A DNA stretch of 64,000 nucleotides from Deferribacterales bacterium (GTDB lineage Bacteria > Chrysiogenota > Deferribacteres > Deferribacterales > Geovibrionaceae): assembly GCA_050251945.1 (NCBI GenBank), contig JBFWLW010000008.1, positions 32,001 to 96,000 on the forward strand. The letters run 5' to 3'. The notes below the pieces were generated by a model. It searched no databases. It worked only from the letters and a program-made list of their open reading frames with translations, and was not told where the DNA came from. The position numbers and the translations under genes are program-made. This document shows positions 51,081 through 59,341 of the stretch, piece after piece. Position 1 is the stretch's first letter. The number at the start of each line of letters is the position of its first letter.

Positions 51081-51612
51081 AAAACTTAAAAAGCTGACCA
51101 CTGCCTCATATATCAAACTGTCGCTCCCCCTGGCAGTGCTTTTCTGTGTCTTTTTCCTCAGGTCTGTGCTAGAGTCTTCCATTGGCAACATGGCTTCTGA
51201 GAGGTTCGACAGGATGCTTCAGGTGTTTAATATCTCCATTCCGGAAGATGACGCAAAATTCACCAAAGCACTGACAACAGGAAAAGATCCACAGGTCATG
51301 AAGCCTTTCAACATGTCGGTTTATCTTACAAATCCGTTTATCAGCAGTTTTTTCAACAGAGTCTGGCAGCAGCCCGTTCAGGAAACACCGCAAGGCGCTC
51401 CTTCGGGTCTTCAGGCTGTACAGCCGCCCGCTCCGGCATACAAAATATCCGCCGTTATGAACGGCAGAAATAAGAAATGCGCAGTTATCAACGGCAGGCT
51501 TGTTAATCTCGGCGGAAATGTCGACGGCACAGTCCGCCTGACAGCGGTCGGCGATTCAAAGGTTTTGCTGGAAGGGGATTGGGGGAAAAAATGGTATTAC
51601 GTTCAGTATTGA
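51070..51612 (+). CDS. Putative MshK/PilP-like protein
   Basis: TM, Pro-rich linker, YKISAV...AVINGRLVNLG beta domain immediately before the secretin. Confidence 0.5.
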   Translation: MNIKKLKKLTTASYIKLSLPLAVLFCVFFLRSVLESSIGNMASERFDRMLQVFNISIPEDDAKFTKALTTGKDPQVMKPFNMSVYLTNPFISSFFNRVWQQPVQETPQGAPSGLQAVQPPAPAYKISAVMNGRNKKCAVINGRLVNLGGNVDGTVRLTAVGDSKVLLEGDWGKKWYYVQY

Positions 51613-53201
51613 TCTTTCTTCTGGCACTCTCGCTCGTTTCATGCGCAACAACAGAGGAAAAGAGACAGACAGCAGTAATGATGCCCGATTTTTCAAAGGC
51701 ACAGCCCGTTAAACAGCTTGCGCCGCCTCCTCCGCCTGTGATAGCAAAACCCGTGATAGAGAACGATCCGCTTGAAAACGTCTACGTTTCCGTTGACGCA
51801 GTTGAGCAGAATCTCTCCGCCGTGCTTTACATGATAGCCGCGGAATCCGGTCTGAACCTCATCATCGGACCCGAAGTCAACGTCAGCAAACCTTTCACCC
51901 TGACAGTCAAGAACATGCCCGCCAGAGACGCTCTGGACAGCGTATGTGAAAATGCAGGCGTCGCATATACGATAACAGGCAGTACGTTAAAAATTTCAGC
52001 TTATGTGGCAAAAACATACAAGATACCGTACACAACTGTGACCGCTGACCAGACCTCCACCATAGGCGGTAACATATTCGGTTCGGATTCGACCTCCACC
52101 GAGCTTAGCGGCGATTATAAGATAACCTATTCAAAATCCGGGATACTGGCAAACATGCAGGCAAACGTACTTGCAGCGGTATACGGGATGATCTTCCCTG
52201 ACACAGCCGACGAAAACGGACAGCCGCAATCGGATTCAGGCGGCTCTGCACAGCAGAGCGGAGACACACAGCCGGCTTCCGGCAGTTCCGGCAAGTCCGG
52301 TTCAAAATCAAAAACTGACAGTTCCGCATCATCATCATCAGGCACCATGCAGACAAAACTTTCATATTACAGAGGTCTGCGCGGATACTCCTTCAATACT
52401 CTTACAGGGCTTTTAAGGGTTTATGCGCCGCCCCACGTTGTACATATGATCGACGAATATATCGAGCAGACCGTTAAGGACGCTTCCAAGCAGGTTCTCA
52501 TAGAGGCGAAGATAATGGAAGTGGTGCTTACCGATTCCAGCGCTTACGGCATCAACTGGACAAGCGAAAACGGAAGGTACGGAGTTAACCTCATCGGCGA
52601 CATCATCGGCTCTCAGACACCAGTGGGCGTTGTGCAGTCATATGACAACCTGTTCGAGTTCATAGCCACACAGGGGAGGATAGAATCACTCGGCAACCCC
52701 CGCATAAGAGTGCTGAACGGACAGAGCGCAATGATAACCTCCGGTCAGCTCAATCCCTTCTGGGAAAAGAAGGTTGACAACGACACGGAAGAGGACACCC
52801 AGACTATAACATACGAGCGCTCCACGGTGCTTGACGGAATAACACTGGGCGTCACCGCAAACGTTATGGACGACAACAGGATAACCCTCCACGTTGTTCC
52901 GATACTCTCAAGCATCGAAGACGTTGAATATCAGTACGAACTGGATGAGCAGGGCAACTCATACTCGGTCGCCAGCTACCCAAAAGTAAACATGAAAGAG
53001 GCGGGAACCGTCCTTACCGTCCAGAACGGCACAACAATAGTCATGGGCGGTCTCATAACCAATAAAGATGTTGTAAGCGAGCGCAGGATTCCCATTCTTG
53101 GAGACATACCCGGTCTGGGGATGCTTTTCAAAGCGCGCTCAACGGAAAAAGAAAGACGTGAACTCGTGATATTTATTACAACGACGCTGATAGACGGGTA
53201 A
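51591..53201 (+). CDS. Lipoprotein secretin (MshL/GspD/PilQ family)
   Basis: Lipobox LVSC, QVLIEAKIMEV, NPRIRVLNGQ, IPILGDIPGLGMLFK, ELVIFIT; Ser/Gly-rich insert. Confidence 0.93.
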   Translation: MVLRSVLIFLLALSLVSCATTEEKRQTAVMMPDFSKAQPVKQLAPPPPPVIAKPVIENDPLENVYVSVDAVEQNLSAVLYMIAAESGLNLIIGPEVNVSKPFTLTVKNMPARDALDSVCENAGVAYTITGSTLKISAYVAKTYKIPYTTVTADQTSTIGGNIFGSDSTSTELSGDYKITYSKSGILANMQANVLAAVYGMIFPDTADENGQPQSDSGGSAQQSGDTQPASGSSGKSGSKSKTDSSASSSSGTMQTKLSYYRGLRGYSFNTLTGLLRVYAPPHVVHMIDEYIEQTVKDASKQVLIEAKIMEVVLTDSSAYGINWTSENGRYGVNLIGDIIGSQTPVGVVQSYDNLFEFIATQGRIESLGNPRIRVLNGQSAMITSGQLNPFWEKKVDNDTEEDTQTITYERSTVLDGITLGVTANVMDDNRITLHVVPILSSIEDVEYQYELDEQGNSYSVASYPKVNMKEAGTVLTVQNGTTIVMGGLITNKDVVSERRIPILGDIPGLGMLFKARSTEKERRELVIFITTTLIDG

Positions 53202-53203
53202 AC

Positions 53204-54331
53204 ATGAGCCTTATACTTGACAGCCTTAAAAAAGTGAACAGCACGAAAAAGGCAGGAAACGCGGTACCCCCAAGCCTGCTCAACCTGAAACCTTCAGGCG
53301 GCAGAGGCAAAGGACCGAGAAAATCACTTCTGGTTCTGCTCGCCGTTACCGTTATCGGCTTTCTCGCTGTGCTCTTCATACCCACGGGCGACAGCAGATA
53401 TAAGGTGAACGCCGCAGACGATATTAAAAAAGATATCCCGCAGGCGGCGCAGCCGGTTGCTGTCAAAACACCCGCCACGGACATTCAGCCGAAAGAAGCT
53501 CCCGCACCCGAATACGACCCCACTGCTGTCAACAGACAGAGACTTGCCGCGATGAACAGTCTTCCGGAGATAAATAAACCCGGGCCTGCCGCCGCTGCGG
53601 TTCCTATTCCCGAACCACAGCAGACTGCACCCGCACCGATACCGGAACCCCAACCGGCAGCACCAGCAGCAGTGCCGGCACAGACGGTTCAGCAGAGCAA
53701 CCCTTCGTTTGTTCTGACAGGGCGCGCAAAAAAAGAATACGACCGTATGATAGACTACAATACAATGACAGCGCAGGCGGCATCCGCCCTTCGTTCCGGC
53801 AACAGCAGAAAAGCAGAGGAGTTTTATGCGAAAGCACTGACTGAAAAGGTGACAAAACCCTCTGTAACAGGACTTCTCACCGCAAAAATACGGCAGGGCA
53901 AGGTGAACGAGGTGCAAAACGTCCTCAATAACTACTCATACACTGCCGATTCGTCTGTCATAAGCGCCGCGGCTCTTGAAATGTCGGATATGGGATACAC
54001 GGAACAGGCGCTGAACCTGCTTTCTGCGAATTCATCTAAAGCGGGCAGCGGACAGATATACTACACGGCGGGGATAATTCAGGAAAACTCCGGCGACTAC
54101 GCCAAAGCGGAAACCGCATATAAAAAGGCTGTACAAAACGTACCCGGCGACAGTTATTTTCTTTATGCCTATGCGCGCATACTGGACGTTCAGAAAAAAT
54201 ATGAAGATGCACTGATAAGCTATGCAAGACTTGCCGAAATGCCTTCCGCTGAAAGCGGACTGAGAAACAGCGCACAGCAGCGCGCGGCGGCGATTCAGAC
54301 ATATCTGGATTCTATAAGAAAGGATAAATGA
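53204..54331 (+). CDS. TPR protein with MshN/GspB-like N-terminus
   Basis: MSLILDSLKK start, TM, Pro/Ala linker, C-terminal TPR repeats. Confidence 0.75.
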   Translation: MSLILDSLKKVNSTKKAGNAVPPSLLNLKPSGGRGKGPRKSLLVLLAVTVIGFLAVLFIPTGDSRYKVNAADDIKKDIPQAAQPVAVKTPATDIQPKEAPAPEYDPTAVNRQRLAAMNSLPEINKPGPAAAAVPIPEPQQTAPAPIPEPQPAAPAAVPAQTVQQSNPSFVLTGRAKKEYDRMIDYNTMTAQAASALRSGNSRKAEEFYAKALTEKVTKPSVTGLLTAKIRQGKVNEVQNVLNNYSYTADSSVISAAALEMSDMGYTEQALNLLSANSSKAGSGQIYYTAGIIQENSGDYAKAETAYKKAVQNVPGDSYFLYAYARILDVQKKYEDALISYARLAEMPSAESGLRNSAQQRAAAIQTYLDSIRKDK

Positions 54332-54745
54332 TCAGGAACAGAACCCGCCCTCTTTCATAAACCGAGCAAGCTTTTTGTCATAACCCATTATGTGTTCCAC
54401 AAGCCATTCCTGCAAAAGCACTCTGAGCCTTTCCACCACCTCTTCGCTATGCCCTTCCGCGATAAGTACCTTGTAGCAGGTCATAAGCTCGTCCACAAGT
54501 CTTCTGTGGTCGTTCAGGTGTTCGTTAAAATCGGGGTATCCGTATCTCTTCATCAGGTCTTCTTCCGTTCCGAAATGGAAGCGGACATATTTCAGAAGAT
54601 AGTTAAGGGTTTTGATGGTAACTTCATGACCGTACAGTCTTTCGAGACTTTCAAAGTATGAATTTATGTGCTTGAACAGATCCTTGTGCTGGGAGTCTAT
54701 GGTCTCGTTTCCGCTGACAAGGCTTTCACTCCATTCAGCTTTCAT
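54332..54745 (-). CDS. Single-domain bacteriohemerythrin
   Basis: IDSQHK, HFGTEE, HLNDH, WLVEHIMGYD; start MKAEW after GGAGG. Confidence 0.93.
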   Translation of the reverse strand: MKAEWSESLVSGNETIDSQHKDLFKHINSYFESLERLYGHEVTIKTLNYLLKYVRFHFGTEEDLMKRYGYPDFNEHLNDHRRLVDELMTCYKVLIAEGHSEEVVERLRVLLQEWLVEHIMGYDKKLARFMKEGGFCS

Positions 54746-54805
54746 AATTCCTCCGATATTAAGTAATAAAAACTGATTATAGCGGATATTTATCAAAATG
54801 CGAAA

Positions 54806-55141
54806 TTATTTTTTGTATTTTTTATGGCAGCTTTCACATTTAAGCATGGGTGCGTGGTTTCCGTCCTTCGGCCATTGTTTGTGGCAATCGAAGCAGTTAT
54901 CACCGCATCCTTCGGAGCTTGAGCCGAACTCAAAAAGCTTTTTATTAGTCGGAGTGTGGCATTTAATGCAGGTTGTAAGCGCAACGTGGTCTTTGCTCCC
55001 TTTCAGTTTCGGGTGGCATGTCATGCAGTCCCCTGCGCATCCGGCGTAAACCGTCAGGGCAAACAATCCCACAAATATTCCTGCACAGAATCCAAAAGCA
55101 GTTCTCCCTTTTCCGTAAGTTTTAATCTGTCCTTTTGCCAT
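54806..55141 (-). CDS. Small tetraheme c-type cytochrome
   Basis: Four CXXCH motifs (CMTCH, CIKCH, CFDCH, CESCH) after a hydrophobic signal; start uncertain, overlaps hemW. Confidence 0.85.
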   Translation of the reverse strand: MAKGQIKTYGKGRTAFGFCAGIFVGLFALTVYAGCAGDCMTCHPKLKGSKDHVALTTCIKCHTPTNKKLFEFGSSSEGCGDNCFDCHKQWPKDGNHAPMLKCESCHKKYKK

Positions 55142-56145
55142 GTCAGCATCCCTTCCGCGACAAGCGTTTCAATGCGCCCGTCAAATATATTCATCATATC
55201 GCCGTATCTGTATTTTAACGAAGAAACATCAACTCCGTCAAGCATCCTGAGACCGAAAACAAGTTCCTGCCCCATCGCCTCCGCACCTTCTGCCCTGTCT
55301 GTTTCTGTATACACCTCAGGCTCTGCAATATATGAGCCTATGTCGCTTACCTTGCCGTAAAGAACCCGCCCGCCGCTGAAATTTTCCAGTGACCATGCCG
55401 CACAGCCAAGCCCGTCGTAATCCTCAAGCTTCCAGTATCCTATGTTGTGCCTGCTCTCATGCCCCGCCTTTGCAAAGTTGGATATCTCATATTTTCCGTA
55501 GCCCGAAGCCGCAAGCGTCCTCTTAACATCTATGAAAGCGCTTTCACCGCAAGGTTCGGCATCTTTCAAAAATTCCGTGTCAAAACTGTAAGAATAAGCG
55601 GAAACGTGTTCTGGTGAGAGTGAAATAATATCCGCAAGCGTCCGCATCTGCACAGAATTTTCAACTGCTGGAATGTCGAATATCATGTCCAGATTGAGCG
55701 CAGTGTCAGGACATATTTTTCGGACAAGCTCAGCCGCTTTAAAAATATCATCACGACCGTGTATCCTGCCAAGCAGTTTCAGAAGGCTTTCGTCCGTACT
55801 CTGGCACCCTACGCTCAGACGTGAAAAGCCGAAATCTTTCACAACCGACAGAAAATCTTCCGAAATACTTTCGGGATTCGCCTCTATGGTGGATTCGGCA
55901 AAGTCAGAACCGGCGGCTGAAAACAACCTTTCCAGAAAAGCGGATAAAAGAACAGGGGACACCGACGATGGCGTTCCCCCTCCGATATATAAAGTGTCGT
56001 ATTTTTTCTTTTTGCGTGCCGAAAGATCCTTTAAAACAGCATCAAAGTACCTTCCGGTCAGATGGTATGCGTCCGGCGCGGAATAGAACCCGCAGTAGCC
56101 GCATTTGCTTTTGCAGAACGGGACGTGGATGTATAATCCGGTCAC
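55054..56145 (-). CDS. hemW: Radical SAM heme chaperone HemW (HemN-like)
   Basis: LYIHVPFCKSKCGYCGF, GGGTPS, EANP, YEISNFA, HNIGYW. Confidence 0.88.
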   Translation of the reverse strand: MTGLYIHVPFCKSKCGYCGFYSAPDAYHLTGRYFDAVLKDLSARKKKKYDTLYIGGGTPSSVSPVLLSAFLERLFSAAGSDFAESTIEANPESISEDFLSVVKDFGFSRLSVGCQSTDESLLKLLGRIHGRDDIFKAAELVRKICPDTALNLDMIFDIPAVENSVQMRTLADIISLSPEHVSAYSYSFDTEFLKDAEPCGESAFIDVKRTLAASGYGKYEISNFAKAGHESRHNIGYWKLEDYDGLGCAAWSLENFSGGRVLYGKVSDIGSYIAEPEVYTETDRAEGAEAMGQELVFGLRMLDGVDVSSLKYRYGDMMNIFDGRIETLVAEGMLTWQKDRLKLTEKGELLLDSVQEYLWDCLP

Positions 56146-56945
56146 TTTCCGATCGCCGCCCTTATGTCTATGACAGTTTTGAGGATTTCTTTAAGCTTAT
56201 CGGGTGTCACCATGTTGGGGCCGTCTGAAAGCGCTTTTTCAGGGTCTTCGTGTGTCTCGAAGAAGAAACCGTCAACGCCCACAGCAGCAGCCGCTTTCGC
56301 GAGATAAGGAACATAGCCTCTGTCTCCGCCGCTTTTACCGCCCAGTCCGCCGGGTTTCTGAACAGAGTGGGTAACGTCCATCACAACCGGAAACCCGAAC
56401 TGCGCCATGTCCACAAGGTTTCTGTAGTCAACCACAAGATTGCCGTAACCCAGCATTGTGCCGCGTTCCGTAAGCATTACCTTGTCGTTGCCGCTGTCAG
56501 TCACCTTTTTGCAGGGGTGTCCCATATCGTTTCCAGGAAGAAACTGCGCCTTTTTTATGTTCACTATCTTATCTGTCTTCGCCGCCGCAACCAGCAGGTC
56601 TGTCTGGCGGCAGAGGAACGCGGGGATCTGTAAAATATCCGCAACTTCCGCCACAGGTGCCGCCTGATACGCCTCATGGATGTCGGTGAGGATGGGAAGC
56701 CCCGTCTCCGCCTTCACCTTCGCCAGCATCTTAAGTCCCTCTTCCATCCCGGGACCGCGGAAACTTGTGACCGAGGTTCTGTTAGCCTTGTCAAAAGATG
56801 CCTTGAATATATATTTTATTCCTAGTTCATCCGTTATCTTCTGCACCTTGCCCGCTATGCGAAGCAGCATATCCTGATCTTCTATCACACAGGGACCCGA
56901 TATCAGAAACAATCCGTTCTTTATTTCACTGTAAAGGTTTTTCAT
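56142..56945 (-). CDS. kdsA: KDO 8-phosphate synthase
   Basis: GPCVIE, KASFDKANRTS, QIPAFLCRQTDL, DVTHSVQ, ALSDGPN. Confidence 0.97.
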   Translation of the reverse strand: MKNLYSEIKNGLFLISGPCVIEDQDMLLRIAGKVQKITDELGIKYIFKASFDKANRTSVTSFRGPGMEEGLKMLAKVKAETGLPILTDIHEAYQAAPVAEVADILQIPAFLCRQTDLLVAAAKTDKIVNIKKAQFLPGNDMGHPCKKVTDSGNDKVMLTERGTMLGYGNLVVDYRNLVDMAQFGFPVVMDVTHSVQKPGGLGGKSGGDRGYVPYLAKAAAAVGVDGFFFETHEDPEKALSDGPNMVTPDKLKEILKTVIDIRAAIGK

Positions 56946-57102
56946 CTTTATCCTGTTCTTTCTCTTTTTCTTTCTTAATTTTTTTGTATCGATCCTCGAT
57001 ACTGCAGCTTCCGCCGATGGAGCCTCAGCCCGCGCCCGGTTTCAGTCTGGCAACAAATATCACCAGAACTATGAAGACTATAAGTCCTATGAAATCTTCC
57101 AT
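56926..57102 (-). CDS. Candidate 58-aa membrane selenoprotein (in-frame UGA at codon 26; absent from the ORF track)
   Basis: MEDFIGLIVFIVLVIFVARLKPGAG-TGA-GSIGGSCSIEDRYKKIKKEKEKEQDKDEKPLQ; AGGAG SD; perfect hairpin GTATCGA-GGA-TCGATAC 23-39 nt after the UGA. Confidence 0.65.
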
Positions 57103-57110
57103 TCCGTCTC

Positions 57111-59171
57111 CTATTCCACAAACCCTTCGTAAGGTGTGCCGTCAATAGTATATCTGTAAGTTATCCTTTCGTTCTTTTCCGGTTTATAGTTTCCGTTTAC
57201 GCAAAGGCTGAACTGCTCTTTCGGTTTTGTGAGCATGATGTTCAGACTTCCGTCCTTTCTGTTCAGCAGTGTGTTATCCCTTACAATACCGATGAGCGGA
57301 TAAATGTCAACGGGATTGGTGTTGAACACCCGCTTGATAGAGCCGCTTATCTCCAGCTCGAAAGATGTAAGCCGTCCGCCCGGATATGCGAAGACACCGC
57401 TGTAGCAAATGTCCTCAACTCCGTCCTGCTGAGGTTTATTCCTGTCGCCGGCATAGTCGCCGCCCTTTACTGCATTCGGTATAAAGGTAAACTGTTTTTC
57501 AGTGCGCGCTTTGCCCTTGTCGGAATACTCGGTTATCAGAAAATAGGGTTTCAGCGTGTCATACTGCTCTGACGAACCGGAAAACACATGAAAACCTGCG
57601 GTCTTCGCTTCCTGAACGGTTCCCAATGCAAACGGTTTTCCGTCTTTTATCATGTCATAAACCTCAAATTCAGCTTTATAAGGCTCTTCCGAAGTTACGA
57701 CCTGACCGGAATAGGTTCCTCTGCCCGTTCTGACCTTCTTATCGGAGGCTTCGGCATCCATGAGGAAAACAGAGAGACTGCCCGCCTGATTTTTCGGAAC
57801 GTGGGTCAGCACCAGCTTAACACCCGCCGTTGTTACCTCGTCCAGTCCGAGTTTTTTAACATCCGGCACCGCATATATGATGGCGTTGTTGTTCGCATTT
57901 GAAGAGACCACCAGCGAAGGGGTGTCTGCCTGAGTATATATTCCGTTGTTGTTGGATATCATAGTTCTGATGTCAGCAACATCTTTTGTTATCATGACTT
58001 TACGACTAACAGTAGAATACTTTGAAAGGTCTGATTCAAAAGTTCCGCCGCCGCCTGTTCCGCTCCATTTACCCTGCAGTTTTCCCGATTTTATCTGTCC
58101 GGTGAAAACCTGCTGACATTTGAAATCTATCCCCGTGTTGGAACAGTCAAGGGTCAGATTCAGCTGACCGTTCTTCATTATTTTGCCCGTTATGGGGTAT
58201 CCGTTCGTTCCTTTCGATGTCTTAATGTATGCCGTGCCGAAATAGGTGTCCGTAACACTGTCCATTTTCCACAGCTGGGTGCGTTCCGAGCCGTCCGCAT
58301 CTTTAAGAACGGTTTCCACCAGCCCGCTGGCAAATCTGCCTGACCTCGACGCCGCGTCCATATCCATGTAAAAATTCGCTGAAAGTTCTATATCTTTTAT
58401 GCCGTCCAGAAGCAGAGTCTTTGAGAAACTGCCGTCCGCGGCGGTCAGAACGGAATCTCCCGTTTCAAGCACGGTGACTCTTACGTTCTGCATGGGAATT
58501 GTCCTGTTATTGAACACCTTGCCCGAAAGCTTAATGCTGGCGGGAAAATCCGTAGTGAATTCAATCCTTTTGGTCTGTGTTTCATACCCGCTGCCGGACG
58601 CCTGAAGGTGAATAGCCTTCGTCATGTACAGCTTAGGGTTGTCGGCTATGAATTTTCTGATAGCGTCGTTAACGGGGTTTGCAATGTCCATAATGGCAAA
58701 TCCGTCGTCCGCCTGAATCCATACCACGAAAGTTCTGTTTATGAATACCAGATAGAAATCGGCGTCGTTTATGTTGGATGATTTCGGAAAGATGAAGAAC
58801 AGCCCGCGCTCGCCGAAACGAACCATCTGCGAACGGTTTTTGGGCGCGTCGTTTGTGAGCTGTTTGAAAAGCTTTTCGGCATCGACAAAATTGTTGAAAG
58901 AGTATATTGCCACATTTGTCTTATACTGATCACGGCGGACTATATTCATGAGTTTTTCGGATTTGCCCGAATAATACGAATATGTTGCGCTGTAGGCAGT
59001 GTTATTTTTGCCCGGGGTTGAACGCACTCCGGTGCCAAGCCAAAGTTCCGAACCGCCCGGCAGATCATCCGCCTTCGGAAAAAACCCGCGGATATCGTTG
59101 TCTGTGATTCCCGCGGCAAATCCGGCCGCAGAGATAAGAAGAACTGCAAGCAGCAGCAAAAGTCGTTTCAC
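57111..59171 (-). CDS. Large exported hypothetical protein (~686 aa, beta-rich, multidomain)
   Basis: GTG start with GGGGA SD, signal peptide (AAGFA), carboxypeptidase-regulatory-like segment (GKVFNN...VRVTVLE...TAADGSF). Confidence 0.75.
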   Translation of the reverse strand: MKRLLLLLAVLLISAAGFAAGITDNDIRGFFPKADDLPGGSELWLGTGVRSTPGKNNTAYSATYSYYSGKSEKLMNIVRRDQYKTNVAIYSFNNFVDAEKLFKQLTNDAPKNRSQMVRFGERGLFFIFPKSSNINDADFYLVFINRTFVVWIQADDGFAIMDIANPVNDAIRKFIADNPKLYMTKAIHLQASGSGYETQTKRIEFTTDFPASIKLSGKVFNNRTIPMQNVRVTVLETGDSVLTAADGSFSKTLLLDGIKDIELSANFYMDMDAASRSGRFASGLVETVLKDADGSERTQLWKMDSVTDTYFGTAYIKTSKGTNGYPITGKIMKNGQLNLTLDCSNTGIDFKCQQVFTGQIKSGKLQGKWSGTGGGGTFESDLSKYSTVSRKVMITKDVADIRTMISNNNGIYTQADTPSLVVSSNANNNAIIYAVPDVKKLGLDEVTTAGVKLVLTHVPKNQAGSLSVFLMDAEASDKKVRTGRGTYSGQVVTSEEPYKAEFEVYDMIKDGKPFALGTVQEAKTAGFHVFSGSSEQYDTLKPYFLITEYSDKGKARTEKQFTFIPNAVKGGDYAGDRNKPQQDGVEDICYSGVFAYPGGRLTSFELEISGSIKRVFNTNPVDIYPLIGIVRDNTLLNRKDGSLNIMLTKPKEQFSLCVNGNYKPEKNERITYRYTIDGTPYEGFVE

Positions 59172-59211
59172 ACAATCCCCCGTAAAATTAAAAAAACTGT
59201 TCAATTTTAAA

Positions 59212-59289
59212 AGATCGCGTCGTCGCAAAACCCCTCGCGAAGACGCTCTTTGTCTCTGCGAGGAAGCCCTAAGGCTGACGCGGCAGTCT
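59212..59289. repeat. Paired REP-like element, copy F
   Basis: agatcgcg...cgaagac / gtctctgcgaggaagccctaaggctgacgcggcagtct; right arm nearly identical to that of copy A. Confidence 0.85.
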
Positions 59290-59299
59290 AAAAAATTTA

Positions 59300-59335
59300 A
59301 AAAACAGAGGGTTCCCCGAATGAAACAGGGAACCC
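59300..59335 (-). terminator. Rho-independent terminator after the aldehyde dehydrogenase
   Basis: GGGTTCCC...GGGAACCC stem followed on the minus strand by a T-rich tract. Confidence 0.7.
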
Positions 59336-59341
59336 GTCATA

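Noticed and set aside
52200..52345. Ser/Gly-rich tract in the secretin and Pro/Ala repeats in the TPR protein as variable repeats
   Set aside because: Low-complexity linkers typical of these families, with no exact nucleotide tandem array
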